From Lama guanicoe (taxonomy: Eukaryota), in the NCBI GenBank assembly GCA_013239625.1, contig MU054187.1, forward strand, positions 16,384,941 to 16,448,940: a DNA stretch of 64,000 bases. The letters are read 5' to 3'. Numbering within the stretch: position 1 is the first letter of the stretch; every line of letters begins with the position of its first letter. Positions 11,321 through 26,500 of this stretch are shown here, in pieces. Under the pieces are notes generated by a model. That model was given only the letters and a program-made list of their open reading frames with translations. It was not told the DNA's origin and searched no databases. A program made the position numbers and the translations under genes.

Positions 11321-14300
11321 TTTGCATGACTTCTTTAGAGTAGACATTCAAAAATGCATGCAAATTAAATTGAAATCCTGATAGACTTGGCCTTTTTGAT
11401 ATAAGCCATTAAGACTTAAACTTCTGAATAAATATCTAGGGTGAAAGGTAAAACATTTATTTTAGTTCATTGAATAATTCTATATATTCCAAGTAATCTA
11501 GGCCTTGTAAAAACCTAGAGCTGAAAAGGATAATGTGACTTTTCTGTATATGTAGTATGTATGATACTACGATAGCTCCTTCTGTCACTTGAGAATCAGT
11601 GCCACAAAGAATTCATCATTGTAGCTTTTTAACAATCATTTCCATGTTTAAGTTCATTAAAAGAATTGCTTTTGACTACATGCTCTATTTTAAAAACTCT
11701 AAATCACACCTGCATGGACATTTACTTTATCCCTGTCACTCAGGCATTCTTTAATGCCTAATAAAAAAAAGTCTTCAAAAATCAACTAGCTATGAAAAAC
11801 AGATACGTGCATTGGAGTGTTGATAACAATGCTGGCCTATTTTTTTAAATAAAATTATCCATAAAACTAAAATACAACGGAGCTATTTCTATAGTTACTA
11901 TTTGTCATTGCCAATAACATTACTAGGATTATAGGCAAATGAAGTCAAACACAGTAACCATGAAGATGATCTTGAATTTGGAAATCCTTCATTTTGTACG
12001 CTGCAAAGAAATTTGCCAAATTGTTTAGCTTCCAGATATGTAAAATTTCCGGTGTCATGGCTAATAAGAAAAGATCCTATCTATAATAAGAAGTTTTTTA
12101 AATCATCCATCTCACTTCATTTTCCACATAAACATATCAAGTTCAGAGAGAGACCAAGTCAAGAAAGTGGTTGGTGGCAGAATAGCACTAGAAGTCTCTT
12201 CTCCTGAGACAACTAATGAACAAGGACTTCTAATTTCTTATACATTTATTAAAATGAGGAAGTGAAAGAGTCACAAAAGTAGAACATACCAGCTATGTAT
12301 TCCTGTCTTATTTTAGATACAAGGACCTCGATATAGGAAACCTTATCTTCTATATATGAATTTATGCTTTCGGATGCATCGCAGACACCAAGTAGAGGTT
12401 AATACAAGGAAATCTGATGCAATAATTTCCCAAAAGAAAGGAAAGAATATTAAGAAATCATGGTTGTGGAGAAATAAAAGTACATTATATCAATACAACA
12501 AATAGTTTTTTAAAAGAGACTATTAATGAATTAATAAATAGTGGGAAACCTATTGTGTTTGCTTAATCTGAAGCATTACTTGGTGTACTTACGAAAGGAG
12601 CTATAAAGTTGCCATTCATGTTTTAACTACGTGTAATGAAAGCCAGAATATGAAAAAGAATGAAATTTGAAGAATAGAAATTGAAAAATTAAAAATTATA
12701 GATTATTGATAATATGAAAGAGTTCAGAATTTATTTCTGAAGATTATAAATTACGAATCAATTTAGCAATTTACAATCTCTCTGTTATGTGCTCTGTATT
12801 AGCTGAAAAAGTAAAACACAACTATAATAACTTAAGATAATTTTAGAAGTCCAATATAACCAAATGCTGCCAAACTTTAAGGTTTATTCACACTTAAAAT
12901 TGAAAATCTGTACCTTTTGGGGTTTTTTTAACCTATTCCAAAATGCACTGCTATATTTTTCTTGTTCTATTTAGAAGCAAAAGAGAAAAAGTGGATAGAG
13001 AAAAAAGAATATGATTTTTAATGTAACTTTTGGAATACAAAATTAACTGGAAAAACTGAAATTAACATTTTACTTTTACAAACAGTACTTTAAAAGAAGA
13101 CCTGAAACAACCTGTTTCAGAGATAACACTGGGGCATAAGTTATAACAGGAAAGTTTTTTAATTGGACAACTTATTGGCTTTTGCCAACTTGTATTGGCT
13201 GGAGTGTGTGAACTTTGGAATTCTTTTCAGAACAGCATGGTTTTCATATTCAGTATGCTGGCATGCATATATATGTATAGATAATTGCTATGCCTTGTAC
13301 CGAGGATATGAACTGTGCAAAATTACTGTAGGAAGTTGTAAATGATGTATGAAATGAGAAATCTTTGCCCACTGGCAGTACATAGATAGACCAGAGATAG
13401 TGACGTGCAATCTCTTCTCGGTCATTTGTCATAGTATTCATCTTATAAAAGGCAGAACATATCAGTAAACCTGAGTGTCAAAAATGCATACTAAACAATA
13501 TGTTTTATTTTCACTTTTTTAGGTCTTACCTCTTTCTTGAAAACCAGTTTACAGAAACCTCTGAGCCCAAGGTAAGTGTCAGGGACTTCAATGTTAGTGA
13601 TTTCAGTTACCCATCACCAACACTGGATGCAGAAATTCGAAATAGCAGTGTGCAAATGTACCTTTCTACTTGTACCCAGTATTGCTGAGTTTCTAGACTT
13701 GCCATCCAAAGCAAATCTTTTTGTGAGGACGTACCTAGAGGCTTTATCTGCAGTGTCTAACATGCAACCGTTTAGAAACATCTGAGAATAGCACTGATGT
13801 TTTCACCTTACGTCCCGATGTTTGAAAGACTTCAGATTTCACCCTGACACTGACTAGCAGAAGCAAACAGAGCAGCGACTTTCTACTAAATTAGTTTTCA
13901 CATCAAATTCTTGTGGCTGACTTCTCAATCCCACTGACCAATCCCCACAGCAAACGTTTGAGCAAACAATGGTGGTAATTAAACTTACACAAATTCTATG
14001 CCATCTCACCACTAAGTATGTTAGTCCCAGGAAAACAAAATTTTTTAAAAATAGGCAAAAAAAACTTGACAAGTTGTCATATACTTTTATATTATAGAAC
14101 TTAAGTTAGAAATTAAAATAAATGGAACAAATGGTTCAAGGCTCTACCTATATTGTATATATACACATACATATATACATAATAATAAAGGAACATGAGC
14201 AAGTAAGTTCAAAAAAGCACATGAAAGCATAAGCTAAAGTATCTTTTTTGTCTTCAAGAAGTTAACAGTTTACTAACATAGAGCTCATAGTATAAGAGGT

Positions 14301-17300
14301 GTTTCTCAATGACACTGGAAATTTATTTTTTATGAACACAGTAACACAGAAGGAAATTTAAATATTCATGCAATTGCATCATTCTCAAATATGAATGTGT
14401 TCCTTCATGTGCCAGTTATGGTTTTGTTTTAAAAAAAAAAAAGTAAGTAAAGAATATGCTCCGGTATTCAATCGTCTTTTTTTCCCAGTATGTTATTGAT
14501 AATTCTTTCTGAAAATTGTAAAACAAATATTTCCTTACCAGGAGTTCATCTCTTCTTGGAATCACAACTGATTTTTCTTTCACTTGATGGAGTTAGACAT
14601 GAAATATCTGATTTTATTTCCCATCAGTAGACCACATAGATGAATGTATTTAGTTCTGCATATGAGTCACATCAAAATGATGGCATCATTTTGTCACTGT
14701 GAATACAGTCAAAGAGCATTAGACAAAACAGTATCTGCATTTGGCTTATTTTCTAAGTAGAATGTAAATATTGTCATATTCCAACAAACACATAAACAGC
14801 AAAAATGAATTAAAAACCTTTAATCTCAAAAAAAAAAAAGAAACTTCTTTCCAATATTTAGAGTATATTTCGAACCTGTGTGTTTTCACCACCACCTTTA
14901 AGGTTAATATCCAGAGACATTTTTTGTTTGTTTTGTGTCCTTTTTCTCTTACTTCTGTTGCACTTGTCCCATTCTGGTTGGTGGTGCTTTTGTCACTTAA
15001 GTGCTGCTACCTACTCAGCGCCTTGTCCAAAACTCAGTTCTAGTTACTCTCATTAACTTATAGAAAATGTCTCAGTTCCTCTGTTCTCCTCTTTCTAAGC
15101 ACCAGTACGCACGGAAGCTTTGGAACCAGCATCTTAGCAACTGACAGCTCTACCACTCCTCTCTCATGATATTTTCTTTTTTAGTTGTGTATGTGATCAG
15201 AAAACCCAAAAGCTGGGAAAATTCCGAGAGTACCACCTGGGTGGACAATTAAGGAAACACTGACTCATGTCCCTATGTCAGATCGTTACCCCCACCATCC
15301 GTACAGAGATGCAGTCAAATACAGTCAGCAACCACATATTTTGTTTCCCATGACAAATAAAACATCCCTACTCCACCCGCCCACAACCAACATCACCACA
15401 ACACTGGGATTAATTTACATCAGGAAAACGGAGAAAGTTTGTGAGGTAGGAGAAGCGGGGCCCACGTCTGATAGCGCTCAGATCCAGTGGGCTAAAACAA
15501 TCAGTAACATCAGTCCAATAGGATCACACTTGCTCTTACGTGGGGGTAATTATTCAAAAATAACTGTAGGAGTCGTATCATCAGATTATACATATTTCTT
15601 TCTCTTTGTGTATATAGGATAATCATGTCACAATCTGCACAGGACTTTATACAATTTATAAGGCATCCATGTGGATCTCTAGATCAGAAATCTCCCCTAT
15701 TAGACTCAAGTGAACTTCAATTGACTCAATTCACTGAAACATTTAAACCCCCACAATGAGGAGGAGACGTGAGTATAAGCCAAAATGCTCCATAATTTTC
15801 CTTTAACCAAAGCTTCCATCAACAATACTTGTCTCAGTAACAAGACAAAATAGTAAACTATTCACAAATCTGGGGGTGGAGAGGATAGGAGACACCTGAC
15901 TTGAATCCAGATCTTGACCATGGAGGGAACACCAGTTCATTCAAAGCTCACTGAGTCAGTCGGTTGGCAACACCAGCAGGTGGCCTCTGGTGAGGGCACA
16001 CAGGTTCTGGAGTTCCCAGGAGCTGTAGAGAGCCCCTGGGAAGTTGTCATGCAGAGAAACTGCAAGTTCTGAGGAACAGGAGAAACAAAAGTACTAGTGA
16101 AAATTAGGTGGGAATCCAGAATAATATTTTCTTTTTTAGATTTGCTTTAGGCAGTAATTAAAATAATATATATAAAATATGCAATCCGGGGCTTGGCACA
16201 AATTGTATGGTGGTGGATAACAAATGATATGGAGAAAGTTACTGATATTCAGGGTTCTGTCTGATAAGATGGTCTCAGGATGTGGGTTGGATCTAAGATA
16301 TCGGCCAGTGGATATCAGAGATCTTAACAGGAATAAAAACAAAATTGGGAATCAGGCACGAACTGATATCACAGCTCAAATATAAGTACCTACCCTACAA
16401 ACACCTGGGCTCAAATAAAATTGAAACAGAAAAATACTGCCTAATAACTTCCTTCACAGACCTCTTTCCATTGACATTCTGATTTCCTCTGACATCCAGA
16501 CTTCTAAACTCATGATACAGATAAGATAAAATTTTTTCTCACAACTGACCTGTGACCCAGAGTTGTCTGTTCCTTTCTAATCAACACTCTTATCTTGAAA
16601 TTTCAGGTATTAGGAAATCTGTTGTAATAATTGTTCATGACATAAGGACTTCATTGTCCCGGTATTAAATGTTCATCACACTCCCATTTAACAGGTAGGA
16701 ATTCCAGTCTTGTCCGTGCTCTGTACCTCCAACTCTGCAATGCCTCTTCTTCGGGTACCCTGTGGGCACCCAGGATATATCAGTCATGTGATTGACAGAG
16801 TAAATCTGCTAATGAAAAGACTGAAGATTATCAGAGCTTTGCTGACATTCTTTATCTCTTTTTCTTCCGGTTAATTGTTTTCCTGTTCCTTGTTGGCATG
16901 TGAGCATTCTTTAATCTTGGGGTGAATAACAAATGATTTTCAAAAGATTTGGAAAATACACCACCTTAACTCTGTCATGAGGTTACACTGGGAGAGCAGC
17001 AGTCCAGGGTGAGGAAGCCAGCACTACAGATCTGTTTGGTTCCCATTTGGTTTGGCACAGAGAATACCAGAGTCACACTCCAGGACCAGTATCTCCATGC
17101 GATGGCACCTGGAATAAAAGATGGCAGTCAGACATGCTTTTAACGTTAATACCAAACTGAACAGAAAATAATGCCTAATAGCCTTCTTCCAAAAAAGAGA
17201 ATTTACTAAATAGAGCTTATAGACTGAAAATTGAATTGGGTTTAATTTCAACAATCTAATATGAGAATTTTTTGTCTCTAGCAGTTAGAAAGTTCTACTT

Positions 17301-18174
17301 AATAATCTACAAGGTGAAATTAGATAGGAAGTCTAAATTCATTTTTCATCTAATTCATTTCGTTTATGAATGACATATGTAGAAAATTTAGGAATGCTCA
17401 ATCCCTCTCCTTTCATCTGTTTTGTCTAAGTGCCCAGCAAGATGGCTACAATGGGCTTTATACAGCTACACTTTTGCTGCTCAGATCATCCTGAACATCC
17501 TGGCTTCTTTGGACTGTGGGAACAGTTCAACAAAGCATCTATACTTTCCTTGTAACTGTCAACAGAAAGGGCGCCTTGTGGTCACACACGAGGGCACAAG
17601 TCACCCAAGTCAAAGGACAAGGAAGAGATGGGATATTGTTCCTGTCAGTGTTAAAAAGATTTTTGCCTTTCTTTTTCGAAAATTATGTATGGCACTGCCC
17701 AGCAGACTTTGAAAGAAAGCAGAAAACTTAAAAATGGAAGACTGTGGAAAACTTCTCATAAATATTCTTACTTCCGTTGATGAAATTTTGCTATAAATAA
17801 CGACTTCACTGTTTACAAATAAGCCTTGCACGTCAGTTTATGCATCACGTAATTGTTTCTTCAGGGGAACAGTATCTTCACTCGTGGGTGAGAGAGGAAA
17901 ACATTATTTCTTTTACAAACAAAGCAATGAAAGCCGGAATAAAAGAGGACTTTTTGTTTTGTTTTCTCAGTTCACAAACACACACACACACACACACGCG
18001 TGGACACACAATAGTGACAGATGAAGAGTTTTAGAAGATTTGAAAAAAGCATAGCATTCTCAGTAGTCCACAACATACATTAAGTCCTGACTTTCCACTT
18101 TCAAATTAATTTGAAATTTCATGCAACTAATATTCCCCCTAATGCTCTTTACATCATAATTTTGGTCACTAAAT

Positions 18175-18255
18175 ATGCCATTGGACTGTAAGTTTCTTAA
18201 ATGTAGAGGCAGTATCTCATTCACCATAGTAGCCACAGCACAGTGCAGACATGTG
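18175..18255 (+). mobile_element. L2 remnant
   Basis: ggactgtaagtttcttaaatgtagaggcagtatctcattcacc...agcacagtgc resembles the L2 3' region. Confidence 0.45.
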
Positions 18256-18589
18256 AATCCTGTGCCAACTATGAAAAGAAAATCCCACTTAATTTTAAAT
18301 TTTGTTTATACGTTATTTCTACCACATATAAAACCAAATTATTCAAGTTTCATGTTTGGAACTCGACAAGTTTATAGAATCATAATTTTCTGAATTACAG
18401 CCCTGTTTTTAAAGATTTTCCTCTTGGATTTAAATCTGCTTTGTTTCTTAAGTGAATCCTCAAAATAAAATCACTTTTGATTTGAAAGATTGTTTTTTAG
18501 GGTAACATGCCAAAAATAGCACTTTTCAAACAACAGACCATTATATACTTAGAACCATCAAAGTATCCTATGTATTGATAAGGGCCAGT

Positions 18590-18810
18590 GAAGTTTACTG
18601 AGCACGTATACACTGCCAGGCTCTGAGCTGTTTCACATGTCATTTAAAAACCATCTCTTGAGGTATCTCCTTCTGTTATTTATAATACCCACCTTATAAA
18701 AAGGAAAACTAGGTCTGAAGAGGTTAATAACTGACCTAGGGTCACAATACTATGTTAAATGAGCTAGAATTCTAACCCACTTTTCACTGATTCCAATGCT
18801 TGCACTCTTA
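18590..18810 (-). mobile_element. MIR remnant
   Basis: tttactgagcac...gccaggctctgagc...aggaaaactaggtctgaaggaggttaataactgacctagggtcaca...gagctagaattctaaccc resembles MIR. Confidence 0.7.
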
Positions 18811-19899
18811 TGTACTTTGCTCAGCTGTTTGCTTAATCATAACTATGTACCTCTCTGACAGTCCGTGTCCATCATTATTGATGCCAGCACACTGCATTTG
18901 CCTGTATCCCCATCTTCATGGCAGCCTAGGGGCAAAAAACAAAGTAATTTTGAATTTAACCAGTCTGAATAGCCAATACTGCTATATAAAGACCTACAGT
19001 CCCTTTAAACCAGATTTTAATCAAAGCAAATATGTATTTCTTTGGTTAACATTTATTGAGCACCTGCTTTCTGTGGAAGCATTCTGTACACGTAAGGAAG
19101 TGCTATAATTTTTTAATGAAACAAAATATTTATATTACCTCAACAGAGTATATACCTGTAATAAGATTTTGCTTGAACGTAGGGCCCATTTTCACATAGT
19201 CTGCAACACTTATGAGTAAATAAATCAAGCAATTTTTAGTAAATGTCTTTTTGAACAAAAGTGAATGCAAGAGAAATAATAAAAGCAATCATTCTTGAGA
19301 ATATAGGCAGTTAAGCCCTAAACCTATCTAAGGAATAAAAAACAATAAATTCTCCCACTGTACCACAGGGTTTACACTGGATCTCATACAATAGTGTGTG
19401 AATGCAGCCACCACAATCAAAGAATAACAGGTGTGGGAAGATGCACTCCATCAATAATTCCTATTGTTACAGAAATACATAATTCAAAAGAGAGACTTTC
19501 ACATGGAATACTTGGATTTTACTAAATTTGTGCATCTTCTAAAAAGCCACCAGTAAATTCATGCCACTGAGCATAGTTGGGGTGTGGACACTCTATCGCC
19601 AAAAAAGAACCTCGAAGATTAAAGCCGCCACGTCCAACATTCTGACATCTGTATCCTGGGCAGTATCTCTAACTCTGATACATTTACCCTGCTTCAGAAC
19701 AAAATAGCCAGACAAAGTCAGTCGACTTTGGCCAAGGATGCTTTCTCTCTATTTCTCAGCTAGGAGAGGGACAGGAAGGGCTCTTTCTCCTCCATCGATA
19801 CGAACTATAATTTTACTCCCTCGGGTCCAAAGAAAAGATTTTTTCACTAAGTAACTACTGGAGAGCAGCATGACACATCTCAAGGGGCATGGGTCCCAT

Positions 19900-20070
19900 C
19901 TCCGGTTCTGACTTGTTCTGTCTACTTGGGCAAGTGACTTCCCGTGTCTGTGCTTCAGTTTCCTTCATCTGCATAGTGAGCGTAATAGTATCAGTCTCAG
20001 TGGGGACCCGAGTGGATGCACGTGGCGATGGAATTACAGTCTTGATCACGCAGTGAACACTCAGTTAACA
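19900..20070 (+). mobile_element. MIR remnant
   Basis: cttgggcaagtgacttcccgtgtctgtgcttcagtttccttcatctgcatagtgag...taatagta matches the MIR core. Confidence 0.7.
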
Positions 20071-20294
20071 TCAACGTTGCTTCCCAACTGCCTGCAGTGG
20101 CACAAATGGCAGCTACAAGCCTCACCATACTTGTTTCCTATGAGAATTCATCAGTCTTTCTTTACTGACCTTTCCCCTACTGCAGTCTCCTAGTTAGTGA
20201 ACTGTTTTGTTTCGTGTTGATCTTTCCAATGGAGCCCCATCTCTGTTGACCCTCCAAGGAAGGGGAGGACAAGGCTAGACCAGGAAAGGTATCC

Positions 20295-20590
20295 GTAGGC
20301 ACCTGGAGGGCATTACGCTACGTGAAATCAAGACCGATGCGGCATGATGGTACTTGTGTGAGATATCTAAACAATCAAATCCATGAAAACGGAGTAAAAT
20401 GATTGCAGAGTCTGCGGGAAGAGGGAAGTCTGGAGTTGTTCAATGTATTAAAAAGTTTCAGTTATGTAAGATGAAAAAAGTCTAGAGATTGGCTGTACAA
20501 TATGGTGCCTAGAGTTGAGTACTGTACTGAGGACTTAAAAATTGGTGAAGAGGGTAGATCTCATGTGATGTGTTTCTAACCTTAAAAAAA
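20295..20590 (+). mobile_element. Old L1 (L1M-type) 3' end
   Basis: acctggagggcattacgctacgtgaaat...gtttcagttatgtaagatgaaaaagtctagagat...cttaaaattggtgaagagggtagatctcatg, followed by an A-tail. Confidence 0.75.
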
Positions 20591-23500
20591 AGGGATCCTG
20601 AGATCCTGAGCTGTGTTAAAGAGGTTAGGCCAACAGCGGAAATATCTGTTTCCTATGGCTTCCATTTGTTTTTACTAAATCTCTAAGAAGAGAGACCCAG
20701 AAGATACTTTCAAAACTTACACTAGAGTTAGACGTTATCTGACACTTGGAGCCAGATTCTCCCAATCTGTCAGCTGTTGTCTGTTAGAGAAATTTTATGC
20801 CCGGAAGCAGTTGGAGCAAACAATAATTCATAAGTGTGACTTCCAGGAACACCCACTTCACACAATACCAGCATTAAACATCCAAACTCCTAAGCTGTAA
20901 AATACAAGGATAATGGTACCCAGAGAATGAGGATTTTCAAGGGGCTGTGATTTCAGCAGTTTCAAAGCTGTGTTACTGAATTGTGTAACACTCTCGTCTT
21001 TTCCCAAACATTAATTGCTCAGATTAAGGAGGAGAATATAAATTGGAAGTGCAGGATCTGGGGAAAAAAGTGGGGTTCTCTTAGGTAGAAATGGTGACAC
21101 TGTGAGCTATGATAAAAATGAAAAAAGGGGTGGCAAGGAATAATGGTCTCAGGAATTGGAAATGCTCAGCAGAATGACTGTTAAGTTTGTGTCTTGCATT
21201 CTATCATTTTTAATCATACACAGATAAGACTTCCCATAGGGGAAAAAAGCCTATGAACATACATGCTCCCAATTTTAGTCCTGAACTTAGTCAGGGAGTA
21301 TCTTCACTGACCTCACAAATAAGGGAGAAACAGTCACACCCTTCAAATGAAGATCAAGCTGATTAAACATTTAAGACAGGAAGGAGCCAGGAAGGGACAG
21401 ATTTTAAGTGGACAGATTCAAGCACAGTCTTGTAAGGTTATTTCTTTATCATTGAATCATAACATAAATATGAAAAAACAAAGGCAAAAACCTTAAAGAC
21501 TTTGAATCTCAGTTAATAAACATTTATTGTGACAGTTTCAGAATTCTTCATATTAACTATTATGGAATGTATTTCTTAATGAGACATGATTTTTTTACCA
21601 GAGATTAATTTTTAAGGTATTGAGAAAATGGAAATGTACAAGTAAAAATATTTTTCACCTAAATATCTAAAAGAAAATTCCTGCAAATATAATATCAGGA
21701 TTCTTAATATGTTTTAAAATAGATATGTATCTTTCGGTACCTTCAAGCACTAATAAAAGATGACTTCTTAAGGCAATTTGCAAATGATGGTTTCATCTAG
21801 ATATATGTCAGTATAAATCAGGAACCTTCACTTCACCGTTTTCCTAAACAAGTATGCCATAATCTTGGCTAGCTCTGTTTCCGTGAGGCCACCATAAATC
21901 TACCACAATGCACTGTCTCCTCAAAACACAGTCACAGATTCAAATACTTGAGAGTATAGTGAACTGCACCTTTAGCAAGTCCGTATCAGAGCTAGTGATC
22001 TCCTTCACCTGTAGGGCATATTTCATTTCTAACAAAAATCTTCATAGAAATGCAGCCATCATGCTTAAAATCGGTCCTGGTATTATCAGACTCTTGAAAA
22101 CTACCTTTTCTGTTAGCCTAGAAACATGAAATAGGAATGGCCACTCCTTTTAATGAAAACACATCAATGATTCGCATACCATGTCCACTAAATTAGCCAG
22201 GGTGGACTTTGCTGGATTGAATGAATGCAAAGATAGATTCAAGTGGCATAAAACATTTTTCTCAATTTGTCACTGCTGATCTTTAATTGGCTTTGATCTA
22301 AAACTGCTAATATTATCCAACTGAAAGGAGCAACTAAGATTCATTATTTTAGATTTATTACTAATACTGATGATGTCTGTTAAAGAAAAAGATGCAAAAC
22401 AAACTGTATGAAATTATTTAATTTTCAGTCTTCAAACTTAAAATGGTCTATTAAAATCAGGAAAAACTATGTTGAGACCTTTCCCTTTTCTGGAATTATA
22501 GTTTATAGTTTTTTATTTATTGAATGCATTCATAGGCTCCCTTAGGATGTGAAATGTATGGAAATATATGTGCATTACTAAAGAAAGAACTAAATTTATT
22601 CTTTCCCCACATCATGCTCCTCTTTGCAGTAGAGGTTTTTAATTCAATACAGAGCTAGAATGAGATGGAGCCAATTTCCTGGTCTATATGTGTGACAAAT
22701 GCTAAAAGTGGCACAAGATTAACAAATTAGTTGAAGTATAGATCTTAAAAGATTTTTTTCTATGTCTCTAAATCAAAATTCATACTTTATTTGAAACGAA
22801 GCCTTCTTTAGAGTTCAGTGATGACGAAGGGTCTTTTTATTTCTCTGTATTCAAGATGAAAAGAGGGGATGTATGACAACATACTAGCAATTTTTTAAAA
22901 GCGAATTTTATTTGTAGGAAAGCTTATGAGAATTATGTATTTGGAATATGAGATTATTTTAACTGCATTCTAGTGTCTTAGATTAATAACTCCAATGTGT
23001 GATTTGATAAAAGTGAAAAATCCTTTTCAAAATAAAGTTACTCTTAAAATAAAAGTATAAAGAAAATAGGGGTAAAATGTGTTTCTTTCTGTATTTTTAT
23101 GGGTAGAAATAATGTTTAAAATGTTAGGTCCCCCCAAAATACACTTAATTTTCTAATAACATTTCTTTTTTTTTTTTTAAATATTGAGTGAAAGCTATCA
23201 AACTTGGCTGTTTTACCTAGCTTCAGAATCATGTGCTTGATATAATCCAGATATCTAACACCAAACAATAAAAACATTTGTGACATTAGAAGCATGGAAC
23301 AGTTGTGGAATTGTTTAATTTAGGAGAAAATAGCTATGTTTGATAATCACATGTGCATGAGTGGATTTCTCCTCTTTGTCGAGAAATTTATCTTTTACAA
23401 ATGGGTTTTGTTTTTTTTTTTAAGTTATCAACTCATGATGTGAAAGGTGCTTTTAAAAGGCATTCTGAAATACATGCTTTGAATTTAACTCACTCCTTCA

Positions 23501-26500
23501 GGTTTAAAGCCTTGCCATCGTCCACCTGTTTTGCTCGGGCTTTAATTATATAAAAATACAGCATTTTAAAGCAATCACAATCTTACTTGTTGTACCCAAA
23601 CATGATAACATGATTAAAATTCAAGAAGAGTTTGATGCAGGTTGTGTGTCTCAGTCACCCAATCTCCTTTCACATATCTGTTCATGTTGACAGACTATGT
23701 CATAATACATCAGCAGAAAGATCAGCACAGAAGAACAAAATTTCATCGCCTGACAGCAAGAGGAAAACTGATTTTCAGTATTAAATTAGTAAAAATATAC
23801 CATTACCTCAGTTCCAATAAGTCTACTACCTTTAAAAAAGAAGGCGTCTGCTATCATTATAAGTATATGCAAAGGCAATTCGGTTTGTTAATTTCTTTGA
23901 TATCACCCTTTAACAGACAGCTTATTTTCATTTTGTCTTCTCTACGTTATTTTATTTCTTATATCTTGGAAACAATTTAGAGAATTAAAAAAATACAATT
24001 TCTTCCTGAGACGTGTAGAATTACCTATATAAAAGTATAAATATCTGCCAAATGTTTGGAGGACAGTCTCTTAGGCTAATCAGGAGCAGAAACCTACTGA
24101 CCATTGAAATGGAAATGGGCATTTAAGCTGCTAAGAAAAGTTAGGTACCATTTTCATATCACATCTTGCTGTGTTTGGATTTCAGGAGAAATTTACCAAT
24201 ACCTGTAATAAACAATGTCTTTTGCAGCCCAGGGCATCATCTGCCACTTAGGCTTTTAATTTTGCCCCTGTTTGAATGCCCTACAGCATATGCACTTCTC
24301 TTTTGTCTATTATCCTAGAGTTGTGCTATTCCCAAATATTGACATCATCTACTTTTATCAGCTTTAACTGCTCTGAAGCTTCCCAGGCTCATGCTCAGCT
24401 CTATTTCTTCCTATTGATTATCTTCTTCACTCCAGCAGGTAGCTAGCCAGCGAGGCTGTCCTGAGAAATAGCTTCCAATGACTTTATACGCACAATTTAC
24501 ACGGAATTGTTTAAAGAAGATATTAGCCTCAATACAAATCAGTGAACCTCATTTAGTCAATACTGCACAATCCCGCTGTTGGCACCCTGTCACATGTGAG
24601 TCTGCAGTCAGCTGCTGCACCCAATCTGCACATTAGCCATAGTATTTAGTTTCCTATTAAAATGAAGCCGGGTTTTTTCGCTTTTGCTTTTCTTTTTGAA
24701 ATCTTTTCAGTATCCTTTTTACATCACCTCACTGAGCCATGTGATAGTAATATATTTTGAAATAGAAAAACCTGAGATTAAATGTTTGATTTTTGACAGT
24801 GTTCTTAAATATAATAAATTCAAAAGGAAATACTGTTAAGTTAAAATGGAGTGTTTTTCATTAAGTCCAATCAAATGGTAGACAACAAAGGATCTTTTAT
24901 TTGAGAATATGAAGTGAAAATGAAAACCAGAAAACCTTTACTAAGAAAAGGTCCAGCTAAATTATGTTGGAAGGAGGTCTCCAGATTGAGCTTGGGTGTT
25001 TCTTTTCCTAAAAAGTGAATTAAACTAAGATATGTTATGAAGAAATATTTTACAAAGAAGCAAAACTTAATGCTTTGTGGAGATGAAAATAAGGTCTAAG
25101 GACAGTTGACTTTGAAAATGATTCGAAAGAAAGATCACATATGAAAAAAATTGCCACAGCATCTGATCTTTTCTTATAATCATAACAGGGAAATGTTTGG
25201 GGAAAAGTAATGCTAGTCCCCTCTTTCGCTTCCATGGCAATGCTGTAAAATTCTAGAGGGAGTGTTTACATTTCAGAATTACCCCTCCTTAAACTACTGG
25301 TTTATGATAGTTAATGAGATGATATCCAAATGTTGAAAACAGGAAAATTCAAATGAAAATCTAAATGTGAAATATAATATAATGAAATAACTAAGCAACA
25401 TAATACTGCTCTGAATGTTTGTGCAAATATTGCAAAATGAACTGCAATACATTAAAATTCTTCAGTGGTTGTGTAATATATAAGTGAAGGTTTACATCGA
25501 AAAGCTTTAGCTATCAAAAAAGAGATCTTTATATCATATTATCCTAAAATTTTTTACTTGGAAACAATCACAAACATCTTGGAGTGCTTTCTGAAAAGTT
25601 GTCATTAAATCTATTTGCGTATCTCTTGTAAACTGAAATTCAAGATAAGGATAGAGCCTGCTGATCAAAATAGTCTATTTGTTAAAAAATACATCCTTTA
25701 GCTTCAGTGGCTGAGTGGCAGAAAGCTTTGGAGAATATGAACGGGAGAGAAAATAATAATTTCAGTTTTAGAGATTTTAAAGGACTGTGTATCTTTTCTA
25801 TAAAGTAAAAAGTAAGAGTTGAACACAATGACAATTTTAAATGAGTTACAGTAATAGTGGCAGCATTTAAAAAATTAATATAGGAAAGAAATTAAAATAA
25901 AATTACAAAAGTTACTGTAAATACTTTAAAATTTTCTCTTTTTTACTACAAACTGTTAAAGGTGATTTTTGTATGACCTTTGCTTTCATTTCTTTTTACA
26001 TATCACTAGTTGGGAGCTGAAGCTAGAGCCCTGCAGCCCAGGTAGAACAGACACACTAAAAGATGGCCAGTCTATCCTGACCGTACATCTTCTCACACAT
26101 TTATTGCAAACTGACGCTCATATAACAGCTTTTTTTTTTTATCACTGATTCAACAAAGAACAATTCCAGTACCAAGGGAAAATCATACCCGAGGAAAGAC
26201 AGAAATGTCATAACTGCATATTCAGGCTGCATAAATACAAGCGTGGCAAAGATAATTGTACTATTAGTGTGTGACGGCACTGCACCATTTAAAGAAGTCA
26301 ACAATCTAAATTTGAGAAAATTTAGGTGTAACTGTGTATATGTATGCAAGCATCATATATTACCTGTAAAGCATAAGTATAAATTCTAGCCCAAATGAAA
26401 TGCACAAACATCATTAGTCTTTTTTAGTTTAAACTATTAATTGATGAACATGTATTTATATATTAAATGTATCTATACCAACTAAATTGTGGGTTTCATG

